A DNA stretch of 63,286 nucleotides, the filler included, from Choristocarpus tenellus KU-1152 (Eukaryota; Protista; Phaeophyceae): assembly GCA_964200185.2 (NCBI GenBank). It is 14 parts of 14 records of this genome, joined end to end, with 100 filler letters (N's around TTAATTAATTAA, not from the genome) between each part and the next. Parts side by side here need not be neighbours in the genome. Positions count along the whole stretch, not along the records: positions 36,322 to 41,782 come from CAXNAD020010716.1; positions 41,883 to 45,251 come from CAXNAD020020490.1; positions 45,352 to 48,555 come from CAXNAD020021567.1; positions 48,656 to 52,909 come from CAXNAD020015464.1; 10 more parts are not named here. The stretch is one strand, 5' to 3'. The notes beneath the pieces were generated by a model. The model saw nothing but the letters and a program-made list of their open reading frames with translations, was not told where the DNA came from and ran no database searches. This document shows, piece by piece, positions 37,627 to 50,356 of this stretch; within the stretch, counting starts at the first letter, position 1; the number at the start of each line of letters is the position of its first letter. A program made the position numbers and the translations under genes.

Positions 37627-40600
37627 AGCTGAGCGCAGTGCTTCACACTCCTTCTCCACCGCTGCTATAATGTCAGCCTGTGTGTTGCTCTTCTCCACTA
37701 GACTGCGAACCTCCTCATTGAGCGTGTCAATCTCCTTTTTCAAGGTCTGTGGTGCGGAGGTGGCTACTGAGTTATAATGAAACTTGTTTGCTGATCAGTA
37801 GCATTGTTATTTTGGGGGTATTTTTTGAGGATAAACATCGCCTGAGAGTATTAGGAGGAGGAGGAGGCGAGGCCGGCAGGGTTTCTTGCCTCAGTCACAA
37901 GGAAACTTACAATAAATGAATGAAGTGGTGAGCTAGAAAGGAGAATGTAGAATCAGCAAAACTCCACCCCTTTCCTTGACTGATATTCTGGGAACCTGAC
38001 GCAAAAAAAAAAGAAATAATAAAAAAGGAATAATCTAGCATAACAAAAAAAAAATAGCGATGGAAAGAAGGAGGTAGAGGCATGCTTGGCAGCCAATGTG
38101 CTCGTGCTTGTGAGTAAAAGTATCTTGGAGGGTACTACGAGTTTAGCCCTGTTTGTTTAACGTTTTTTTCGGGCTTGAATTCCCACCGTTTTTTAAGAAT
38201 TTTTCCAATTCTGAAACGTTTCGGAATTGTTAAAATGTATACGTTTTGGAGTAGGTTTCATGTATAAAACTATGAAAAGGTGTGTCGGGAACAAGGATAT
38301 TGACACTTCCTCACAAACACTATAGCCAAAATTACTTCAAAATCGCAACATTGGATTTTGGTCCCAAATGGACGCGGCGGTACTCCCTAAGATACTCTTG
38401 CACTCTTGTTTATCCCCCTGAACAAGCTTAGGGTTAGGGTTAGGGTTAGGGCCAACGCGAAGGGGAGTAGATATCCTGTAGCGAGCAAGGAGACAACTAT
38501 CCTCAACAGTGCGGTAAGCAACCTCAGGTTAGATGTGGGCTATTGAGAGCAAGCATCACGTTTCTGTACTACAAGCCATGAAAAATGCACTTTTTTCTGT
38601 CTGAAGACAAGGTGCAAACACACATTCTGAACAGTGCCTAGCAACTGAAAAAGTGTTCATACATCATGTTACATTGCCATATCAGAGATGCATGTCATAC
38701 AGATGGAGGAGATACAAGGGCAGCGTGGGAGGAGATACACGGCAGTATGGACATATATATATATATATATATATATACGTTTTTTTTAAAATCCTTTTCA
38801 TGTTCACTCAGAAGGCAAGGAGCAAGGGCTATTTTGGATTGCCTTTGTTACAGGAACAAAATAAAATAAAATAAGATAAAAACAAAAATAATAAAATTAA
38901 TAGTGACAATAAATAATAAAAAGGGGGAAAAAAAATTAGCACTGACTATCACGGTCTAGGTGCAATAGAGGTTGTGAGGATGAGGACATGAAATATCGGG
39001 GAGGTGCATGGCAGCTGTTGAAAAACTGTTCAAAATCAACTATTGATGCTGGGAAAAAATCAGCACCAGGGGAATAGTGGAGGGCAATGCAAAAAAGGTA
39101 CAGTTTAATGATAAATAAAGGTATAGTTTTTTTGTTGGTGGGAATGGAAAAAAAAGAAAATCCTACCAATATCCAAGATATCAATGCAACCTTTAGTGAT
39201 CCCAGATATCCGTTGCTTGTGAGCCAAAGTAAACAAGGTGTACCCAGGGGTTTTTTGGGTTTTTTTCATTTCAACTTTTTTTTTTTTCCAGTCTACTAGT
39301 AGTATTGCAATTCACCTATGTTTCTACGGATCGGAAGTGCTAGGCTTGACTTGAGAGCGTTGATTTTCTACATTGTTTGAAAATTTTCAACAGGATTCAG
39401 AAAAGTTCCTGCATATATATGCATCTAAAAAAAAAAGAGACGAATTTCGCAACGTAATTGTTAGCATCCTTAAGAATCATCCTTAAGAATCATCCTTAAC
39501 CCCCTCTGGGTACCTCTCATCAACTTTGTGTCAGTATTCAAAGTGTCTCAGTATTCAAAATATTCAAGGTTCAGCTGAACTCACACCTGCAAAGAAATAT
39601 GATGAGTGCTTTCTTCAACTCTGGACGGTTCCACTTCTACCAAACCATCATTACATATCAGTTCCACTTCTTCTATCATGCCATCCTTTCATATCAGTTC
39701 CACTTCTACCAAACCATAATTTCATATCAGTTCCACTTCTATCATACCATCCTTTAATATTAGTTTCCACTTCTACCAAACCATCATTTCATATTAGTTT
39801 CCACTTCTATCAAACCATCATTTCGTATCAGTTCCACTTCTATCATACCATCCTTTCATATTAGTTTCCACTTATACCAAACCATCATTTCATATCAGTT
39901 CCACTTCTATCATACCATCCTTTCATATTAGTTTCCACTTCTACCAAACCATCATTTCATATTAGTTTCCACTTCTATCAAACCATCATTTCATATCAGT
40001 TCCACTTCTATCATGCCATCCTTTCATATCAGTTCCACTTATACCAAACCATCATTTCATATCAGTTCCACATCTATCATACCATCCTTTCATATTAGTT
40101 TCCACTTTTATCATACCATGATTTCATACGATTTCATTGGTTCCCTGTGGGTCCCCCTTCGACCCAACTCCCTCAAAAACATTTGTGTTTTGTTAGGGAT
40201 TTAGTCTTATGGGAGAGCTAGTGTTTATGGGTAGTTTTGGGAGTGCAGAAATGGCAACCATAAGGGGCACCTGATTCTGAAACATCTCTTTAATGCGGAA
40301 ATCCTTCTGGCTCCTGAGGGCATCAAGGGTATCCCTCAGCCTTGTCTCAGTGGCCTCTAGCTGTGTAGTCTTGTCACGAAGACACTGGTTCGTCTCTCTT
40401 TCTACATTGGCTAGCCTGGCAGATCAATGATGGACACAGAGGAGCGGGACATGGGACAGGGGGTGTGGTGGATTTGAGACTGGACCTTAGATCTTCACAA
40501 TACTTTAAAGCTTGGGTGATCCCTTAAGGGATTTCGATGTATGTATAAAATAAAAAAGTATAACTCTTTTTTTTAAATTCCATTTCCTTCAGAAAAAAAT

Positions 40601-41388
40601 GATCGTTGCATTTTCCTCCTTTTTTTTTTCTTTTTTTTTTTTCTTTCGTTGAGGTTGTTTGATTGTTTGTTGCCACCGAGTTTGTTTGACAAGGAAGGGG
40701 GAGCTTAAGTTACTGTTTGGAAAAGTTGTAATTGATACATCTCTATGATCATATGTGCCATTTTAAGGTAGACACAAAAGAAAGCCTTCCGTGGTAAAGA
40801 CAAAAAAACATAATAATCAGAACTGATCCTCTCAATCATTTTCAAATCACTGTGCAAAAAATGAATATTTTGGATCCTGTTCAGAATGGCACCTAATCAG
40901 TATGACCCAGTGTATGCACTGACCCTCTCTCTGTCAAGGTGTGAATTCCTTCATCAAGTGAACTGACCCAAAGGCAAACACTAGGCTCTTTCATTGTATC
41001 TTCTGCTCCTAATCAATTTTTTAAGGGGTCAGTGAACGACTCCAGAAATATTTGACAGAGCTCTGTGGTGTGTCCTCACAACCAAAAATCTTTCATTTCC
41101 GACTAAAGCTTTCACCCTGCCATTCAGGTGGGTGTCCTCCTAGCTGTCCAATGTACCACTACTGGTTTGGGTGCGATCGTACCCCTTGCTCACATATCCT
41201 TGGCACAATTCCTGTTCCACAAACTGATATGTCATGAAAAATTGAACATCATTCATGCTCAACACTCTTCAGCCGTATGCAACGCGAAAGGGCTGTGATA
41301 CCTGTCTAGTTCCTTGCTAAGGGCAGCCCTCTCTCCTTCAAGTTCACCACGAATGGCTGCATTGAAGGCCAGCTCTTCAGAGACTTTC
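37627..41388 (-). CDS. Internal exons of a coiled-coil protein (41388-41302, 40415-40271, 37746-37627)
   Basis: Phase-compatible GT-AG exons: KVSEELAFNAAIRGELEGERAALSKELDR / LANVERETNQCLRDKTTQLEATETRLRDTLDALRSQKDFRIKEMFQNQ / TLKKEIDTLNEEVRSLVEKSNTQADIIAAVEKECEALRSA. Confidence 0.75.
38112..38405 (-). mobile_element. MITE family A (TSD TTGT), with small internal duplication
   Basis: TTGT-GAGTAAAAGTATCTTGGAGGGTA...CCCTAAGATACTCTTGCACTC-TTGT. Confidence 0.88.
38428..38451 (+). repeat. Interstitial telomere-type repeat (TTAGGG)4; shorter tracts at 49681-49695 and 60731-60763
   Basis: Directly visible. Confidence 0.9.
39221..39532 (+). mobile_element. MITE family D (older copy, TSD not preserved)
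   Basis: GAGCCAAAGTAAACAAGGTGTACCCAGGGG ... CCCCTCTGGGTACCTCTCATCAACTTTGTGTC imperfect TIRs; ends resemble 41513 and 58666-58924. Confidence 0.6.
39628..40130 (+). repeat. Intronic 33-34 bp minisatellite, 15 units, with higher-order pattern
   Basis: GTTCCACTTCTACCAAACCATCATTTCATATCA (type A) and GTTCCACTTCTATCATACCATCCTTTCATATTA (type B) units. Confidence 0.95.
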
Positions 41389-41512
41389 CTGCACAGCCAC
41401 ATTCGCAAGTCTTTGCCTCCAAAAAATGTTCCGTCGTCAATTTTTACCTTCACATTGAAAGATAGAAAAAAAAAGTTTGATTCGTCGTTGTCGTCTGATG
41501 CGGGATCACACC

Positions 41513-41782
41513 GAGCCAAAGAAAACAAGAGGTACCCAGGTTTTGACCGTTTTGTAGTTTTTAGTCTGAGTCAAAAATATCTTAGAGGGTAGAGCCATGC
41601 CCATATGGGGGCTCAAAATCCAATGTTGCAATTTTGATGTAATTTTGGCTATCATATTTGTTCGGAGATGTCAATATCCTCGTTCCGGATACACCTTTTC
41701 ATAACGTATACATTTTACCTACTCCGAAACAATTTTGGAGTAGGTAAAATGCCATTAAAAACCCATCGCGGACAAAAAAGGA
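41513..41782 (+). mobile_element. MITE family D left end (41513-41567) interrupted by a family A copy (41568 to contig end)
   Basis: GAGCCAAAGAAAACAAGAGGTACCCAGG, then GAGTCAAAAATATCTTAGAGGGTAGAGCC starting 55 nt after the D terminus. Confidence 0.8.
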
Positions 41783-41882
41783 NNNNNNNNNNNNNNNNNN
41801 NNNNNNNNNNNNNNNNNNNNNNNNNNTTAATTAATTAANNNNNNNNNNNNNNNNNNNNNNNNNNNNNNNNNNNNNNNNNNNN

Positions 41883-41951
41883 TGTATCTGACCGCGCGTC
41901 TTATACATACAGTGTGTGTCGGAGATCCCAAAAAGGAACCTGTCTCTGACA
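41883..41951 (-). repeat. 5' end of an LTR of the Gypsy family seen at 12-17 kb
   Basis: Reverse strand reads TGTCAGAGACAGGTTCCTTTTTGGGATCTCCGACAC; no PPT upstream, so a 5' or solo LTR. Confidence 0.65.
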
Positions 41952-42856
41952 ATAATATTATTATTGAAAGTAGTGGTTTGTGCTGGATGAATGGATCTAA
42001 AAAGGAGATACCACACCACTGATTCTCTGTTCATTGATGAGTACAAGTCAATCTTCCAATGTATTCTTCTATTATTATTATTGTTATTATTATTTTCACC
42101 CTTTTTGTAACTTTGCTATTATTATTATCATAACAAAAGACTTAACAAGAATTATTATTATTATTATTGGAGCGAATGTGGATGTAGGTTGTTAAGTGTG
42201 ATGTTTTGCTGCTAGATTAGATGATTGGGTCAAAAGGCGATCAATTTCGCATTGGGTAATTAAAAAAACTTGATTGTGACAACCAGGGAAATTTCTTGAG
42301 GCAAGGAGGCTGTGAGTGGCCAGGCTTTTTTCATAAAGAGTTGGTCCCAGTGCGCGTGTGACAGGGAAAAGGGATGCAGTAGCTGGAATAGTGTATGAAG
42401 TGTGCTGTGGAAACTATTTCCGACAGCTGTTAATGGGAGAATGCCTTGCATCCAGAATCCACGATAATGGCAATGAGGTGGACATTTGTGCTGAAGAAGT
42501 GGATGTGCAAAAATTTTATCTACAAATTCACTAATTCTGTTTTTTCTTGTGGCATGAGTGAGGCGCAACAAGCCTATGACCACAACCTACACAATTGTAT
42601 TGGGTCATTTCCCTTTTAAATGGTTAGACGAACAAGATCATCTGAATGAACAGATACATACAATGAATATATATATACTCCAAAGTATATATAAATATCA
42701 ATATTTCAAGACAGTCCAGCACTATTTCACACACCCGTGCCATCCCATCTCTCCACGTTCCACATCCATCTCATGCATCGATATTCAATTGTCCTGTAGT
42801 ACTAGGTAGGACTGTCTCTTCTCCCCCCCCCACCTCACTTACCGGTGCTCATCTCC

Positions 42857-44840
42857 CTACAACCCAAATCCTAATTGCACTGCAATTCTCCGAACCATCA
42901 CATGCAGCTCAAGGTCATCATCACACAGCTCCAGCGCATCCAAGCAGGCTCCCATAGCCCCGTGCAGGTCCCCCTTCAGCTCCATAGTGCCTGCCAACAA
43001 AAGCAGCTCCGCAGCACGAGGTTGTACTCCTTTACTCAAAAAACATCTACAACGTAAACACTTGAACCCTCTGCGTCTAGAATTAGCATCATGCGCACTA
43101 CAAACACGCACACGCTCCCCCACAGGATGATGTCTCAAAGGGGATCCTGCTATCACCGTGCCAGAAGCTGTAGCATAGCCTGAACAACCACTGCTGGCAA
43201 CACTTCTAGGAGATGAAACAGCGAGGCACTCCACAGCACCTACGCCATCTAACTCACCACCCTCTAGGAAACCCTCCAGAACCTGTTCTCTCAACGGTCC
43301 GCATTCTCCCCCTTCGCTGCCCCCCACCGCCCACGACTTGCTCGCCTCACTGCTGCTGCCACTGCTCCTAAGCCTCTCGCCTCTGTGAACTTTCCTGTCA
43401 TCTACGCTTCCCTCAAGATTCTGCTCAGCCCACTTCCTGGCACGGTCTCTGGATACAACGACATTGACCAACCCCGTTGGAGGAGCCTTAGTGCTCCCAG
43501 GGGGACTAACAAAGAGGGCTGGAGACTGCTCGAAATCACTGTTCTCACATGATAGGTCAGCCATCTTCACGCTTCTTTCAGAACCGATGACCTCCCAGCA
43601 TCTTCTGGTACTCCCATTCCGGTCCTCGACTTTCCGAATATCCACCCAATCAGATTCTTCCATGACCCCTGGCACGGGGGAGCAGACCTCAGACACATCA
43701 GAGTCACCATCGAGCCTCGAGCATCCTCTGTAGGAAGGGTTCGTCTTCACCTTGGGTGAGACCCTCGAGACTTGCTCGTTCTCACACAAGACGCCATTCC
43801 CCGATCTGTCGCCACTCCTGTCACCTCTAACCAAAAAATTCTTCCCTGACAAGCCACCCTGCTTCAGTTTCCAGTCCCTTGCTCGCTCACCCTTGTTCCC
43901 ATTCTCCACCAGCACACCCAATGTCGGTCGATCACCCTCACCACTCTCTTTCACTGGAAATGGACTTCTGTTAGTACTATGGTTGGATATCACTCCTCTC
44001 GTTATCTTACACGGTGTCTTGGTACCATGTACACTAGAGGGTGCGGCCTCACTTGGGAGCGTGTCCCCATGAGCGCTGGCCACAAAAGGTAGGAAACAAT
44101 TTACAAACGAGTGGGGAGGGAGTTCCATCCATGAGAAGGCTTCCGTGCTAGGGAGGGGAGTTTGTGCAACAACCACGGTAAAATATTGAGATGCCCCTGG
44201 GACACTGGGGTAGACAGTTGGACGACTCTCTGCGCAAGTGGGACAGTGATTTCTCAATCTTTGACAATCAAGGAGTTAATTCGCATCTGCTTCACACAGT
44301 ATATACATAGTTATCATCGAGATCTTCACACACACTGCAATCTCCAAAAAATATTTTCCCATTGCATTTGGAACAATACTATTAAATAGTATACCCTGTT
44401 CAAGTGTTGAATTTAAACACTGCCAGCATACCATACTCGGGCATCAGCTTTCATAAGGACCTAACCCTAGCAAATATATTTTTTAATATACCGTACAAAA
44501 AATAAAAAGCAGTAGAATGTAAGTAAAAAGATGACCTGTTACAATTGAAGGGATAACGACTAGGTCCAAACCAAACAATAGAAACATAAAACATAACATA
44601 ATGTACATACAACTCCAATGCAAAACACTACACATCAAAGCCAACTCTACCAAACCAATCACTGAAACCAATAAAAGAACCAACCCCCCATGATCCAACT
44701 CACCTCATCCCATGCACCCCCGGTAGCCCACGAATGAACTCCACATGCCCATTCAAAACAAGGCCTCGCTGTGCATCATCTTTGGAATTTATCAGTCTGT
44801 CATCAACACTACCGTGATGATCTTGTAACTTCTCCAGAAC
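42857..44840 (-). CDS. 3' end of an ERCC6L/PICH-like SNF2-family protein (exons 44840-44704, 44075-42857)
   Basis: Spliced HVEFIRGLPGVHGMS|AHGDTL resembles the post-helicase H-x2-(F/Y)L...GISDHDL motif of ERCC6L. It is followed by a long disordered region and a terminal TPR (MELKGDLHGAMGACLDALELCDDDLELH), as in PICH. The helicase domain itself is not in the window. Confidence 0.55.
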
Positions 44841-44916
44841 CTAAAAACAATAACCCCCACACACAGAATCCACACACGATCAGACCAGGAAAGAATTAAA
44901 AAAATTACACGGAGAA

Positions 44917-44947
<31 letters not shown>

Positions 44948-45351
44948 CTTATTTCACACTGTAAGTCAACCGAAAAATTAAAAATGCATGCACCCCTTTC
45001 AAGAATGGTACAAGGCATCGATTATCAACTCAGTAGAAAAATCTTATGATGATGTCCAGATACTTTGCAAATGTTCAATAAAAAAGTCAAGAAAGCATCG
45101 GGCAACACCACGGAAAATACCCTACCGTTTCAAAATGTAAACACGCCTCCCTTGTCCACAAAGCATTAATACTGTACACCCCCCCCCCCCCACCCCCCCC
45201 ACACTACACACCCATACCACCCCACACCGCCACCCCCAAAACCCAACACACNNNNNNNNNNNNNNNNNNNNNNNNNNNNNNNNNNNNNNNNNNNNTTAAT
45301 TAATTAANNNNNNNNNNNNNNNNNNNNNNNNNNNNNNNNNNNNNNNNNNNN

Positions 45352-46900
45352 CCCCTTGGGGATGTAGCAATCTCAAGCTTAGGTTCTTCCTCCGCTTCTA
45401 TAGTATGCAGTTTTGTCTATGCCTCCTGCTGTACATTGCGTACCTGTCGGGTAGAAGATTGGTGCATCGACCACCTGTCGACTGAACCCTCTGCCTTGTG
45501 ACTTTCGTTTTGCACAGCTATGAGTTTGTACATGTTGGGGTGGTGAGACTGGTGTGGATTCTTCAGCGCTGTGTGCTGTTTGTGAGAACTGTGCATATTG
45601 TTGTTAGGTGTTGGGAGCTGGACAACCCAAGTGAAATGATTTTTTCCAGGCGTTGTAGACTGCTGAACCGAAGTAGGATACTGGTTCGGAGGAGTTGTGG
45701 CATGTGCCAGTGCTGCGTGTGTTATTTGTGTGGACTGAGCTAGGCAACATGTAGGCTTGAGTCATTCTAGCCCTTGTGGGTTGACAGGGTGTCTGAAGAA
45801 GAGGAATGATGACAGTGTTGAAGCATATTGTGGGGGATCACACATAGGAAGAATTAGGGAGGTAGGTGTGTGAAGTATGGCATAGTATGGGGACAAACAT
45901 TTTTGCCACCGACGAAAGCAGCATTTAGATGGTAATATTGTGTGATGGTGACAAGGAACGTTCCTACTCTGGAACGTTTGAAGCACACGATATGAGTAGA
46001 AATGAGACTGAAAACATCTTTGAAGTTGAAGAATACGAGGTTGAACGCATTCAGACACCTACCTGCACATTAAATGTATAATGTACCATCATACCCAAGA
46101 AGTTATGTTTGAGTATTTCCAGAGTATGCTAAATTGTGTGCAAGTACTAGTTGGTGCTGTTGTAGATGTTGTGTTGATCTGCAGGAGACTTGTGTCTGTT
46201 GACAATGAGTTTCTTGGATAGAACTTGGCCGTTTAGGTGCGCCTGCCATGGTGATTTTGATCATTTGTTGAATGCTTGACAGAATGTAAGGTTGTGTTCA
46301 GGTGGATGTTGGAGAATGGTTGGATTATTTGATTATTGATGAAGACCTCCCAAAGGTCGTGTCTTTGCTCTGTTGTCGATCTCCTCTTTCCTCAGTGTTT
46401 ATCATTGTGATTGAGCGGCTGAGTGAAAAAAGGAGTGTTCCTGAGGAAGACTATATATTACAAGAGCAAAGGATAGGAAATACCACGTCATTGGGTAAAG
46501 AGGACGTAAAAAGAACCCTCTTCCCAGTTTATTCTGTGGTTCATGCGAGATATGTGGATGTTGCGCCAGTGACTGAAGGGTTTTTGACGAAGATGACAAA
46601 TTAGGGTCTTGTTGTCCATACCTTCACCTATCGAACCTTCTGGCGGGACGAGGACCACAGATTGGTCTATATATGTTGTACTTCTCTTTGGTGGGCAAAA
46701 TGTGGAGAGATAGACATTACCTGATGGATATATGTGTAGATGCTTGGGCTCAACTGAGTGTTACGGAGAAAGTTAAGACCACGAAGAGAGGTAAATAATA
46801 TGTTTGTGACAAGAAACAATTTTCCTATTCGGTACAGGTCGAACTTACTACAACCACTTGAACGTTCTTCTTGTGTAGGATGGACAAACAGCTTGTTCCC
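45352..46900 (-). mobile_element. Decayed LINE ORF2 remnant
   Basis: NITI*MLLSSVAKMFVPILCHTSHTYL resembles the RPIxLLSxxxKxF start of the non-LTR RT; multiple stops. Confidence 0.55.
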
Positions 46901-49077
46901 AGCATCTTAAACCACGATAAGTTACATCATTCGAACATGGTCAGGGGGTTAGGGAGGGGGGGGTTAGAGGCACTTCACACTGCACTACTTCTCATACTAG
47001 CTAGAAGTACTGAATAACTGCTGCACCCTACACTTTTTGTAATACATGCCACGATTCCTGTCCTGCTTCTCATGCAATGGTTCGGCACTTCCGCTACTTG
47101 TCACCCATTCTCCTTCCTCAAACCTTCTTCTGGTATCCCATTCTGCTGGTCTCCAGTCTCCCACTATGAAGCTCTCAACCCGATCTTAGTCTGGCGTTTT
47201 TTGCCGTGTAGCCACGACCGGATACAGACAAAATGAGTGTTCAAATAGGTGTGCAATCCTGCGCTTGATTTGTAGAAGAGGATGACCGAAAACATCTTTC
47301 TGTGACATAAAGTTCGGTCTCGGAGAGGTTCGAACACTCGAAGCCCCTGCGGCTAGCCATCACTTCAATCACTACTACAACACACCAATAAAGGATAGTA
47401 TGGACAATACCTGCAGGGACCATTCTTAAACCTTCTGAATACTTTTGGTCTTGATCACATCTATTTCTACAGGTTACGACATCCTACAACTATTACAGCC
47501 AAAAGTAGTTTGTTTACGGGAAAGAATATAAATATTTGTGTGTAATGCACGATAATGGTGATTGGAGGTGTTTCAATATATTTGGTTTTCACACAATACA
47601 CACCTCAGAACACTACACTGACACTCTCTAATAATAGTGAATTATGTCCACAATAATACAAGATGCAAATCCTCCCTAGCATCCAAAGGAAAACGGGAAT
47701 TTTTTGTGGTCAGATATGTGAGTAGGTCATCCAGTATTAGAAAGAAGCCTGTTGTATGCTGTTGAGTGTTCCTCGTGACCTGTTGGTAATTAAAAAAAAT
47801 CCACGCCTTTAATTTCTGGTCGTTCTTGTGTGTCTCACCTTTCCATTCTACAGACTGTACACACCTCAACTCGACCTCTACGGCAGTTATGCAGTTTTCG
47901 GTACCAAGAAACAAAAATGTTTTCACCTGATAGAGTTTCTTACATCTTTGAAAAACAGGCATTCATACTTCTGCCGAGCTAAGACAGGTGGGAACGTCGT
48001 CTCAACTCCAACACCACCAACGCGAGCAACAAACAGATGATTGACTGAAGAGTGGCGTTTTCCAACTGGTGTTTTTGCATACCGCGTTCCAACTCTAATA
48101 GGTTTATCCATCTCCCAAGTCACAATTGTTCCTTCTGTCTTCGTTGAATACCCAATTCCGGTATCGCAGCAAGAGCAATATATCTCACTCGTGTAGAGGT
48201 CTAGAGCTAGAGCTCTATTCCTCAGGTGTTTCTCTGCTCTTCTAATTCCAAGATATTTGTGAACCCTTGTCCCCGGCCTTCACAGGTTACCATACTGACG
48301 TGTCGGGCATGCCAGTTGTCACACCGTCCTTTTCAGACGTAGCCAGAGTCATCCTGACCCATTTGATACACTTGGTTGAGACAAGATTGTCTTGCCCACC
48401 TTAGACACAGGGAGAGCACTTGCCACCGAGTGGCCCGTCCCATTCGTGCCACCAATTTGGGTCATCATCCGGTGCTTCCCGTCCTGATCAATTCGAATGT
48501 ACCAACCAAATCGGATATGATGACGGGGTTATATGTGTGGAAGATGTTGGCGAGGNNNNNNNNNNNNNNNNNNNNNNNNNNNNNNNNNNNNNNNNNNNNT
48601 TAATTAATTAANNNNNNNNNNNNNNNNNNNNNNNNNNNNNNNNNNNNNNNNNNNNAAAAAAAAAAAAAAAAAAAAACACACCCCACAGGAAAAAAAAAAA
48701 AAAGAGAGGGGGGGGGGGGGGGGGGGTCAGAAACAGAAGGAAAAGAAAAAAAACTAAAATGTTGACCTGATTCTCACGCGACCCAGTTTTATGTCAAGGT
48801 ATCCCCCCGATTATCTCTGATGGTATCATAAGGGTCACCACCTCCTCATCTGCGAGAGAGTCAGTCAGTCAGTCAGTCACGCAGGAAGACAGGCAAGCAG
48901 ACTGCTGGCAAGTGACACTGATGACCAAGGTGTTAGAAACGAATTCTGCAGCACTTGACACACAGACAGAAATACTAAAAAAAATATATATATAGACTTC
49001 TTTTTTTTCATTCAAAAGCATCAACAGAGGGAGAGAAAAAAAAAAATTTAGTCCTATTTCCAAACATCGTACACACA

Positions 49078-49322
49078 GAGTCAAACTATCTTAGAGGGTA
49101 GGGCCGCGTCCATTTGGGGGCCAAAATCAATGTTGTGATTTTATCTGTCGTATTTGTTAGGAAGTGTCAATATCCTTGTTCCGGACACACCATTTCATAA
49201 CATACATATTACCTACTCCGAAACATTTTGGAGCAGGCAAAATATCATAAAACCCCCATGGGAAGTCAAGCCCCAAATGGACAAACAGGGCAAAACTCGT
49301 ACCCTCTAAGATACATTCACTC
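49078..49322 (+). mobile_element. MITE family A inserted in a (CA)n tract
   Basis: GAGTCAAACTATCTTAGAGGGTA...TACCCTCTAAGATACATTCACTC. Confidence 0.9.
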
Positions 49323-50230
49323 ACTCACACACACACACACACACACATGTATGTATATATTTCAATGCCAATCTTTGGAATTTCAGGGTCTCTGATGATA
49401 GAACTTATGGTGCTACTGAGCAATATTATAGATAGGGTTTGAATCAGTCAGCGGTAGGGTTATCACAAGGGTTAAAAGGACCAAGAACTGCATCAAACTA
49501 CTCCTGTCAATCTCTGAATCTTTGCATGTCAATATCTGAATCTTTACATGCTGATCTCTGAATTATTACACGGCGGAATACAGAATTTTCTGTGAGAAAT
49601 TGGCAGGGGGGCAGCCAAGCCATACACTTCTATTTCATGGAGCAGGACATTATGCACCCTTTGAAAGAAAATGAATTCACTTAGGGTTAGGGTTATCCTG
49701 AGCAATAAGAGGAATATCCCATGCAGTAATATTTAACCCCAAACCCTATTGTTAATTGAATTTTTAAGCACAGCTCTTGCTGTAGGCTTCACCAAAAAGG
49801 AAATAAGGTTACCAATATTTAAGAAATTTCCAGTCGAAAATAGAAATTTCCCTTGCAACTACTACCACTGCATTAAGAACATTTCTACCGGGTCAACCTC
49901 CATGGTCGGGGCAGCACTGCACCAGTACTTCATTGTCCTCGCCTTAAGCCACCAACCAGAGTTAACTTCTTACATAGCTACCTTGGCAATGCAGAGCCTC
50001 GAAGGGCGTTACATGAACAGAGGCAGGAGGAGGATGACATAAGGTCCGTACGTCCCGCGCCATCTTACCACACTTAAATAAAAAAAATACTAAGAAAATA
50101 AGAAAAAAAAAGTGGTATCTACTGCTGATCGGAATAAATCGGAGCACTAAGCGCTATAATCAAAATCCATACACAACACAGATGCTGAGTGTTGTCATAC
50201 ACCAACCAAGCTGTACAATTAATTAGTCAC

Positions 50231-50356
50231 CTGTCTATCCTTGCGCTCCAGCAAATCAGTGTAACACGAGGCCGCATTGTCCTTCCTGCCGTCATCCGAG
50301 TAGAGCTTGGCGAGCTTGGCCAATGACAGCCCTTCCGTATCATTGTTCACTAAGGC
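50231..50356 (-). CDS. CDC23: Single exon of a CDC23/APC8-like TPR protein
   Basis: ALVNNDTEGLSLAKLAKLYSDDGRKDNAASCY resembles the APC8 C-terminal TPR (D-x-E-G-x-A-L-x-K-L-A-K-L); bounded by aag| and |gtgact. Confidence 0.55.
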
